A model generated the notes under the pieces. It was not told the DNA's origin, ran no database searches, and worked only from the letters and a program-made list of their open reading frames with translations. From contig OY760175.1 in NCBI GenBank assembly GCA_963663165.1, positions 2,464,001 through 2,528,000 of the forward strand: a stretch of 64,000 nucleotides of DNA, in the 5' to 3' direction. This DNA comes from an uncultured Desulfospira sp. Its GTDB lineage: Bacteria; Desulfobacterota; Desulfobacteria; Desulfobacterales; Desulfobacteraceae. The position numbers were made by a program, and so were the translations under genes. The stretch's first letter is position 1, and every line of letters starts with the position of its first letter. Shown here piece by piece: positions 1-7,756 of the stretch.

Positions 1-1
1 G

Positions 2-94
2 ACCCAGACCGAAATCCCCGTGGGGATCATCACCTCCCTGATCGGGGCGCCTTACCTGTTTTTCCTGGTCCGAACCCGGGGACATCGGCTGTAA
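2..94 (+). CDS. 3' end of FecCD/BtuC-family ABC permease (partial)
   Basis: Frame 2 reads TQTEIPVGIITSLIGAPYLFFLVRTRGHRL*, the typical FecCD C-terminus (E.PVG..T...GAP.F); precedes an ABC ATPase. Confidence 0.85.
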   Translation, partial: TQTEIPVGIITSLIGAPYLFFLVRTRGHRL

Positions 95-106
95 AAGGAC
101 GACACC

Positions 107-898
107 ATGCTTAACGTCAACAATCTGTATCATGCATTTGGCCGTCGGAAAGTCCTGGAAGATATTGAATTTTCCGTGGACAAAGGGGAGCTTTGCGGCC
201 TTTTCGGTCCCAATGGGTCGGGCAAGACCACCCTGTTCCAGTGCTGTTTAGGGTTTATCCGCCCGGACAAAGGCCACGTCCGTTTAAAGGACAAAGACAT
301 CCGGAAAATGACCATCCGGGAGATGGCACAGCATGTGGCCTATGTCCCCCAGCACCATACCCAGCCCTTTCCCTACCCGGTAAAGGAGATGGTTCTTATG
401 GGAAGGACCCCCCACATGAGAGGCTTTTACAAACCGTCCAAAAAAGACCTGGCTGCGGCCCAAGCCGCCATGGCGCAGGTGGGGATTATGGACCTGGCCA
501 ATGACCCTTTTGATATTCTGTCCGGAGGCCAGCAGCAGCTGGTCTTAATTGCCCGGGCCATCGCCCAGAACACGGACCTGATTTTTCTGGACGAACCCAC
601 ATCAGCCCTGGATTTTAAAAACCAGGCCCTGGTCTGGAAAGCCCTAAGGCAGATTGCCGACCAGGGAACGGGCATCCTGGCATGCAGCCATGATCCCAAC
701 CATGTGGCCTGGTTCTGCGATACCACGGTTGTTTTAAGCGCTGCCGGTCTTGTGGCCAGGGGGGCGCCGGACCAGGTGTTTTCCCAGGAACTGATGGATG
801 AAATTTACACCGACGCCTGCGAGGTCTCCCGGGCCATGGACTTGAAAATCATCCTGCCCAGCGGCCTGACCGGACATGGCACGCGGGCTGCGGGATGA
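107..898 (+). CDS. Metal-chelate (siderophore/cobalamin-type) ABC transporter ATP-binding protein
   Basis: Walker A GPNGSGKT, LSGGQ signature, LDEPT, SHD; FecE/FepC-like. Confidence 0.9.
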   Translation: MLNVNNLYHAFGRRKVLEDIEFSVDKGELCGLFGPNGSGKTTLFQCCLGFIRPDKGHVRLKDKDIRKMTIREMAQHVAYVPQHHTQPFPYPVKEMVLMGRTPHMRGFYKPSKKDLAAAQAAMAQVGIMDLANDPFDILSGGQQQLVLIARAIAQNTDLIFLDEPTSALDFKNQALVWKALRQIADQGTGILACSHDPNHVAWFCDTTVVLSAAGLVARGAPDQVFSQELMDEIYTDACEVSRAMDLKIILPSGLTGHGTRAAG

Positions 899-1773
899 TT
901 AACATTGAGGATAATCAAATGGAAGCAAAGATAGCACAAAATATTGACTGGAACCGGGTCTGGGAAGAGCAGACCCTTCTGTGGCAGGACTCTGCCGGAA
1001 AAAGCTGCAAAGAATTCTGGGAAGATGAAGGGGCGGCCCGGGTGTATTCAAAGAAGGCCAGCGGGCCCCGGTCTGAAAGAATAACCAGAACGGTGGCCGG
1101 TCTCGGACTGACCCCGGACACCCGGGTTCTGGATATCGGCGCAGGCCCCGGGAATCTGGCCCTGCCCATGGCGCAAACCGCCCGGTCCGTTACCGCGGTG
1201 GAGCCGTCACCGGGCATGAACCAGGTCATGGCCCGGGGTATTGAAGAACAAAACGCTCAAAATGTCATTCAAATCCGGAAAACCTGGGAAGAAGTTGATA
1301 TAGAAAAGGATCTTGAACCGCCCTATGACCTGGTCCTGGCCTCCATGTCCTTAGGGATGAAAAATATCAGAGCGGCCATTGAAAAAATGAACCGGGTCTG
1401 CCGGGGCCGGGTGGTGATCTTCTGGCATGCCGGGATACCGGGATGGGAGGTCATGCCCAAAACCCTGTGGCCCGAGTTGTTTAACACCGAGTATTACGGC
1501 GGACCCAAAAGTGATGTGCTGTTCCAGGTCCTTTACCAGATGGGGATTTATCCTGAAATCCAGGTCAACGCCAACCAGTTTTTTGAAGTCTTTGCGGACA
1601 TGGAAGAAGCAAAAGCGTTTTACTTTAAACGGTTTACCCGCCTTACCCCCCAGCACGGCACGGCTCTGGAAAATTTTTTATTAAAACACTGTGAAAAAAC
1701 AGACCAGGGCCTGGTCCACGGGTTTTCCCATGACTCCATGCGATTTGAGTGGAAAGTAAAGGAAAAAAAATAA
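895..1773 (+). CDS. Class I SAM-dependent methyltransferase
   Basis: VLDIGAGPG motif I, VEPS acidic motif; ATGA overlap with the upstream gene. Confidence 0.85.
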   Translation: MINIEDNQMEAKIAQNIDWNRVWEEQTLLWQDSAGKSCKEFWEDEGAARVYSKKASGPRSERITRTVAGLGLTPDTRVLDIGAGPGNLALPMAQTARSVTAVEPSPGMNQVMARGIEEQNAQNVIQIRKTWEEVDIEKDLEPPYDLVLASMSLGMKNIRAAIEKMNRVCRGRVVIFWHAGIPGWEVMPKTLWPELFNTEYYGGPKSDVLFQVLYQMGIYPEIQVNANQFFEVFADMEEAKAFYFKRFTRLTPQHGTALENFLLKHCEKTDQGLVHGFSHDSMRFEWKVKEKK

Positions 1774-2990
1774 TGAAAAACATTAACAAAACAGAGAAAG
1801 GGGCCGGATTCTTGAACCGGTTAATTTTGCCTGTACTGGCGATCTGGGCATGTCTTTTAACCACAAGCCCTGCCTTTGGGGAACAGCAGACCGCTGTTAA
1901 GGATTTCAGAGGAAAAACGGTTATGGTGCCGGCTGAAATCAACCGGGTCATCACCATCAGCGACGGATTGGTGGAAGGGGTGATGACCCGCCTGGGCGAA
2001 GCCCATAAAATAGTGGCCATTGGGTCTGAGTGCATCCCCAAGGCATGGTCTTGCGATATTCCCCATAAAAACGGAAGCAGCTTTGCCTTTAAAGACGGCA
2101 TGAACACCGTCACCTATCTTAATCCGAATTTCAAAGACCTGCCCCTGGTGGCCAAATACGGGGTTGGTTTCAGTTACGAAAGGGTGGCGGAACTCTCCCC
2201 TGACCTGATCATTATCCGGACAGGTTCCTGCACCCTGAGCCAGGGAAAGGATATTCTGGACAAAACCATTGGATTACTGGAGGCTTTAGGTATTCCCCTG
2301 GTGGTTCTTCAGGGGCCCAATGCCACATCAAACCCCTGTATTGAATCTATCTCCCGGGAAATCCAGATCATAGGCCAGGTCTTTCAAAAAGAGGATCAGG
2401 CCCTGGCCCTGGCCGGCTATCTTGAATCCTGCGTGGAAATGGTCCGGAAAAGGACCGCCGATCTAACGGCCGGCCAGGAAAAAAGGCTGCTGTTATTGGG
2501 ACTGTCCCCCAAGGCCAGGACCCAGGGCGGGGCCGGTCATGTCAAGGGCGTGGACACCCTTCAGACCTTTCTTTTAGAAGAGGTGATCCGGGCCCAAAAT
2601 GCCTATACCGGCGCCGGGGCCTGGAATATCCTGAATACCGAACAGCTGCTGGCCCTGGACCCGGATCTGATTGTCCTGGTGACGGCCTGGGGATATCATC
2701 CGCCCGAAGAGCTTTATTTTGCGCCTTACTATGAGGGGCTCCGGGAGATGCGGGCCGTTAAAAACAAGGCCGTGGTTTCCCTGCCCTGGACCCCTTGTAA
2801 CTGTGAAAAACGGCTGGAATACCCCATTGATGTCATGGTCATGGCCATGGCCGCTTATCCTGAACGATTCAAGGATATCAGCCTGGAAAAGTGGCTTTTG
2901 GATTTTTATCAAAAGGTCTACAAGGTTGATGAAAAAACCGCAGACCAGCTCATATCCCGCCAGTGGATGGACTGGGTCAGAGGGAAATAA
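1773..2990 (+). CDS. Periplasmic binding protein, Fe-siderophore/B12 (class III) type, Cys-rich
   Basis: Signal peptide ending PAFG, VKDFRGKTVMVP, ERVAELSPDLII, EQLLALDPDLI; WTPCNC motif; start ATG overlaps the upstream TAA. Confidence 0.85.
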   Translation: MKNINKTEKGAGFLNRLILPVLAIWACLLTTSPAFGEQQTAVKDFRGKTVMVPAEINRVITISDGLVEGVMTRLGEAHKIVAIGSECIPKAWSCDIPHKNGSSFAFKDGMNTVTYLNPNFKDLPLVAKYGVGFSYERVAELSPDLIIIRTGSCTLSQGKDILDKTIGLLEALGIPLVVLQGPNATSNPCIESISREIQIIGQVFQKEDQALALAGYLESCVEMVRKRTADLTAGQEKRLLLLGLSPKARTQGGAGHVKGVDTLQTFLLEEVIRAQNAYTGAGAWNILNTEQLLALDPDLIVLVTAWGYHPPEELYFAPYYEGLREMRAVKNKAVVSLPWTPCNCEKRLEYPIDVMVMAMAAYPERFKDISLEKWLLDFYQKVYKVDEKTADQLISRQWMDWVRGK

Positions 2991-2993
2991 ATC

Positions 2994-3641
2994 ATGGGAC
3001 ATCAAATGGATGAACAGGACCGGAAACGGCAGGCCTTCTTTAACCAGGGGGCCAAAGGATGGCTGGATAAATTTTATAAAAATCCGGACACAGACGGCCA
3101 TGACCTGCATCAAGGAAAAATCGGCCAGATTATCCAGGCTCTGGGGGTCAAGCCGGACCACCGGATCCTGGATCTGGGGTGCGGCCCCGGGGTTCTCGTG
3201 CCGTACCTGCTGGAAAAGATGTCCCAAAACAGCCGCCTGGTAGAAATGGATTATGCCCCTGAAATGATTGAGGCGAACAAAAACCTTAACAGGGATAAGC
3301 GGATTTCATTTGAGTGTGCCCATGTCATGGACATGCCTTTTGAGAAGGCTTTCTTTGACCGGGTGATCTGTTTTGCCTGTTTTCCCCATTTCCAGGACCA
3401 GCAAGGGGCCGTCAAAGCCATTGCCCGGGTCCTGAAACCCGAAGGGCGGCTGGTGATTGCCCATCTGTTGTCCTCGGATGAAATAGCCTCCCACCATAAA
3501 GGGCAGACACCGGTTTCAGAAGACCGGCTGCCGCCGCTGGACCATATGGCGGCCTGGCTTTCGGAAAATCATCTTGAAATTAAGCAGTTTACGGACATGC
3601 CCGGCTTTTACTGCCTGGCTGCCGTGAAGGGGTCGGGTTAA
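2994..3641 (+). CDS. Class I SAM-dependent methyltransferase (UbiE-like)
   Basis: ILDLGCGPG motif I, MPF..FD, RVLKPEGRL. Confidence 0.85.
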   Translation: MGHQMDEQDRKRQAFFNQGAKGWLDKFYKNPDTDGHDLHQGKIGQIIQALGVKPDHRILDLGCGPGVLVPYLLEKMSQNSRLVEMDYAPEMIEANKNLNRDKRISFECAHVMDMPFEKAFFDRVICFACFPHFQDQQGAVKAIARVLKPEGRLVIAHLLSSDEIASHHKGQTPVSEDRLPPLDHMAAWLSENHLEIKQFTDMPGFYCLAAVKGSG

Positions 3642-3656
3642 CCGGCCATAACGATT

Positions 3657-3799
3657 GGGAAAACAAAAGCCCCATCCTGGCAGAGACATGGCTTTTGTTT
3701 TCCCGTATCCTCCAGGGGAGGAAATTTCAACATATCAGCTGATTTCCTCTCCTGTCAATCAATCCGGATCAGGGAAAACCACATTTTTCCCTGATCCGG
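3657..3799. other. Three consecutive stem-loops upstream of the TonB receptor
   Basis: Inverted repeats at 3657-3704, 3713-3754 and 3764-3799. Confidence 0.7.
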
Positions 3800-3835
3800 G
3801 GGTTAACGCTAATTTTTAAAAAGGAGAGGAAAATC

Positions 3836-5945
3836 ATGCACAAACTGACGGCGGCAGCCAAAGCCGTATTCCCGATGCTCTTCTGGCTTGCCCTATGTCT
3901 TTTTCCCGGGATTGCGCTATCCCAGGAAGCTCAGAAAGACGATAAAGAGATCGTCGAGCTTGAAGAGGTCACGGTTATAGGAACCCAGCCGGGTGTGGAT
4001 ATCACGGCTGAAAAAACCGTGATTGACATGGATCAATTCAAAAAACCCGGGTCCACCGCCACCTTGACCGATGTGCTTTCGGAAATCGGCGGTGTAGATG
4101 TCCAGCGGGCCAATGCCCTTATGGCAAGCCCGGGGGACGAGGTCTCCATCAGGGGACTTAACGAAGGACGGATGGTCATAGAAATTGATGGCCGGCGGAT
4201 CAACCACACCGGCCATTACGGGCGGTATATCGTGGACTGGTCCACCCTGACCCTGGATGATGTGGAAAAAATTGAAATTATCCGAGGCGGTCACTCGGTC
4301 CTTCACCCCTTTGCCATTGGCGGGGTAATCAACATTATTACCAAAAAAGGGCCTAAAGACGGCCAGAAATTCAGCGGTCATGTCAATACCGGGTACGGCC
4401 GGTACAACACCTGGACTGCCACGGCATCGGTTGCCGGCAGCGCCAGCGAATATGTGGATTTCCACCTTTCAGGCGGTGAACAGGAAACCGATGGCTATTT
4501 AAGAAACAATTTCCAGGACACCAAATCCTTATAACGGGCACGTGGACATCCACCTGCCTTGTGAGGCAAACATTTATCTTGGCATTAAACATACCGAGAT
4601 AGAATACGGCATGCCCGTGGTCAATGACCCCAATGATTCAAATCCGGCCATTGCCGCCCTTTATGATTCAAGCTACCCCATATTCACCCGGGGGTCCGAC
4701 CAGCTGCGCCATTTGAACTGGCCCCAGTATCCGGGCGGACAAACCCCCATGTGGGAAAAAAAAACCGATTACCTGGACGCCATTTTCACCATACCGGCAG
4801 GCCCGGGCACCATAAAGATTCATGGATTTATGACCGACGGGCACCGAAGGACCAGCCTTTACGCCAAGTCCGGTGCATTTGATGAAAATGTGCTGTCAAG
4901 GGACCGGACTCAAGGCGTGATTGCAGAGTATTCGGATGTGGAATTGTTTGACAACCACAGCCTTACCATGGGCCTGGAATACCAGGAACTGGGCGATCCC
5001 GAAGGCATCAAGGCCATTTACCGTGTCAAATCAGCCTATATTCAAGATGTCATCTCCATAGGCAGCAAATGGACGGTTACCCCGGGGGTCCGGTATTACC
5101 ACCTGGATGAATCCACCTATTATTCCTGGATGGAAATGGGATTCGCTTCCCAGCCCCCCGGATGGCCCTTTGCCTTTGACAACAGCGAAAAAAAAGAAAC
5201 CGACTCGGATTTTTTTCCCAGTCTAAAGGTGGATTACAGGGTCACCCCGGATACCACCTTATACGCGGCAGCCTCAAAGTCCTACCGGCTGCCCTGCCCT
5301 TGAGATTACTACTGGTGGGCGCGGTGCGCCTCCGAGACCAATACGAATCTTGAACCTGAGACCGCTACAGAGTACGAAATCGGCATCATCAAAAGCTTTG
5401 ACAAAGTCCATTTCAGGGCAGCCACCTGGTATTACGATATTAAAAATTTTATTAACGACAACGGGATTACAGCCCCGGGCTCCGGAGCAGGCTCCAATTG
5501 TCTTTACAATATTGATTCCGTGGAGCTGTACGGGTTTGAACTGGAAGCCGCCCTTCATTTAAGTAAAAAAATCAAGCTGACCGCATCCTATGTGTACCAG
5601 GAACACGACGTCACCCAGACCGGGTATGAGCAGGACTGGAGCTATTACCTGCCGGCAAGCCTTCCCAAGCACAAGGTCAAGGTCCTGGCCGGATATGAAA
5701 TCATCCCGGACGGCTGGATTGAGCTAAGCTCCCGGTTTGTCGGCTCCAGGGGTTCCCAGCAGAACAACGAGCTGGACGACTATATTGTCTGTGACTTAGG
5801 ATTCAGCAAAAAGCTGATCTTTGGCGGCCTGGAATATGACTTAAAATTATATGTCAACAATATCACCGGCACGGATTATGAAGAAGTGGCCGGCTACCCC
5901 ATGCCTGAATATGTCTGGGGCATGTCATTAGGGGTTAGTTTTTAA
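3836..5945 (+). CDS. TonB-dependent receptor, probable selenoprotein (Sec at TGA 5301-5303), with one extra-base frameshift near 4530
   Basis: Signal peptide, TonB-box-like ELEEVTVIG, plug motifs SIRG and IEIIRGG..GGVINIITK, barrel motif LEPETA..YEIG, C-terminal Phe; ORFs 4542-5303 and 5520-5945 share one frame that is open across the TGA. Confidence 0.85.
5314..5333 (+). promoter_or_regulatory. Bacterial SECIS-like hairpin
   Basis: GG-U(bulge)-GGGCGC-GGU-GCGCCU-CC starting 10 nt after the in-frame UGA; bulged U and GGU loop resemble the E. coli fdhF SECIS. Confidence 0.75.
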
Positions 5946-5991
5946 CATCGCTGTCAGCGGTTAGCTTTTGACTGATGGTTCACAGTGTTTA

Positions 5992-6033
5992 AACTTTAAC
6001 CACGGGGCAGCTGCCTGCCCCGTGGTTAAAGTT
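5992..6033. terminator. 19-bp perfect hairpin between convergent genes
   Basis: AACTTTAACCACGGGGCAG-ctgc-CTGCCCCGTGGTTAAAGTT. Confidence 0.7.
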
Positions 6034-6084
6034 CTTAAAACCTGAAAAGAACGATACCCCCCCCCCCCGGAATCGGGCAGGCCG

Positions 6085-6915
6085 TCAATTATCCGTATGG
6101 GCCGGCATATACGCAACCTGTTTGTTAACCGGGATCTGGGCATTTGGCAATGTCTTGGGATCGGTTACAAAATCGGTTAGGGTTTGCCACTTCACCCGGC
6201 CGCTTTTGAAAAATTCCTTATACACATCCCACCAGTCATCTTTCAAACCGCTCAGATGGGTTTGGGCTACCAGAATCACGCGATCAACGTCTATGTTATT
6301 TAGTAACGCCTTGAAATCTTGAGGTGTTGCCTTCCTGGAGGCTAAGGATTCATCACATAATGAGCCGGTGCCCATCTCTTTGGACGGGACATTACTGACG
6401 GAGATAATGGTTGATTTATACTCCAGGGGCCGGTAAAAAACCGCCCTCTCTTTTCCGGTTCCCCTGGCCAGAATATACGGGATTCCCATCTCATCGGCAA
6501 TTTTCAAGGTATTGTCATCATATGAAAAATATTTACCGCTAAAAACCGGTATGGGTTTTCCAATCAACGGGGAAAGCTTTTCATTGATGTGCTGCATGAT
6601 GATTTTTTGTATTTCATAATGGGTCTTATCGCCTGGTTTATCAACTTTAATCCATTCAGGCAGGCTTGCCAGCATATCCCCATGGGTCTCAGGCCATAAG
6701 GCCCCGTCATTGTAGGATGCGCCCACGTCAAAATTTTTGCTCACGGCCTCTTTAATTATTCCCGGTTGATTTTCAATGGTGGCGCCGTCAGCCATAACCA
6801 ATGCCGGTATGTTATTCTCATTTAAACGATCAAGCCAGCGGATCAACCCTTTTTCAGATTTTCTATCGACCAGTAAAAACAATCCCTGCATTGATTTGTC
6901 CTTAATGCTGCTCAT
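6085..6915 (-). CDS. Polysaccharide-deacetylase/NodB-fold-like protein, paralogue of 10085-10936
   Basis: Long near-identical blocks shared with 10085-10936 (e.g. VFSGKYFSYDDNTLKIADEMGIPYILARGT); layout resembles the CE4 fold. Confidence 0.55.
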   Translation of the reverse strand: MSSIKDKSMQGLFLLVDRKSEKGLIRWLDRLNENNIPALVMADGATIENQPGIIKEAVSKNFDVGASYNDGALWPETHGDMLASLPEWIKVDKPGDKTHYEIQKIIMQHINEKLSPLIGKPIPVFSGKYFSYDDNTLKIADEMGIPYILARGTGKERAVFYRPLEYKSTIISVSNVPSKEMGTGSLCDESLASRKATPQDFKALLNNIDVDRVILVAQTHLSGLKDDWWDVYKEFFKSGRVKWQTLTDFVTDPKTLPNAQIPVNKQVAYMPAHTDN

Positions 6916-6992
6916 TTTTTCTTCCCCTTCTTGTAACTTAAGGCAAATTCACATTTTCTAAAGTCCAAACATTTTATTTTAGATGCGTCACT

Positions 6993-7116
6993 CAATGTCA
7001 TTAACTTAAGCGTTAATACAAGAAACTGGAAACAAGAGACAAGAGGGTGAAGCGCCGTTGGCGCCCATTTTATAACCCCTGCGCGCTATGCCAAATTTCT
7101 TAAGTTAATGGCATTG
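6993..7116. mobile_element. 124-bp MITE, IS4-family-like
   Basis: 18-bp TIRs CAATGTCATTAACTTAAG (6993-7010) and CTTAAGTTAATGGCATTG (7099-7116), 17/18 match; exact 10-bp duplication ATGCGTCACT at 6983-6992 and 7117-7126. Confidence 0.85.
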
Positions 7117-7129
7117 ATGCGTCACTTTA

Positions 7130-7687
7130 TCATTTTTTTGAGTATGTATTGCGATGCAGCCAGCTGAATTCCGGCCTGCTTTTTTTGGCCTTGGGTTCTT
7201 CGTCCGGCACCCCGATTTTCAAAACGCAAACCAATTCCAGATCATCGGGAATTGCAAGAAGCTTTTCCGCCTGGGCCTGCACATTGCCCCTTATCGCTAC
7301 AATTCCGGATCCCAACCCCTCCGCAGTGGCCGCTAACAGGATATGGTCCACGGCAAGCCAGCCATCGGCAACGGTCCCTTTGCTGCTGCAAACGGCAATG
7401 ACGGATGAATTGGCAAACGCCTTTTGCTGAAAGCGCGCCGCCTTATCCACATCTTCCAGGGTCTGGCCTTCTGCCGGCGGAAAGTCCTTGTTCATGTTAT
7501 ATTTTAATTGGGCCAGGTTATCAATTGTATCCTGGTCATCAATAAGAATAAATTCCCATGATTGACGATTACCGGAAGAGGGCGCCTGTACGGCGGCCTG
7601 AAGAAGCTTTTTGATCTGCTCTTCGGTGGCTTTTTCTCTAAATGCGCGAATGGTTCTTCTTTTGCTGATCGCTTCATATACATCCAT
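7130..7687 (-). CDS. Nitroreductase family protein
   Basis: RRTIRAF, APSSGNRQSWEF, LAATAEGLGS. Confidence 0.9.
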   Translation of the reverse strand: MDVYEAISKRRTIRAFREKATEEQIKKLLQAAVQAPSSGNRQSWEFILIDDQDTIDNLAQLKYNMNKDFPPAEGQTLEDVDKAARFQQKAFANSSVIAVCSSKGTVADGWLAVDHILLAATAEGLGSGIVAIRGNVQAQAEKLLAIPDDLELVCVLKIGVPDEEPKAKKSRPEFSWLHRNTYSKK

Positions 7688-7756
7688 TTTTTAATCCTTT
7701 CCGTGACTGTTTTGTTTGGCCATCCCCTTTACTGAACATGCTTTGGAATGCACTGT

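Noticed and set aside
3642..3835. Cobalamin riboswitch before the TonB receptor
   Set aside because: No B12-box or other conserved core recognised by eye; an Rfam scan would settle it
4532..4534. Stop read-through in the receptor
   Set aside because: The codon is TAA and the continuation is in a different frame
6057..6068. C12 tract as a phase-variation switch
   Set aside because: It lies between two convergent 3' ends, outside any coding or promoter region
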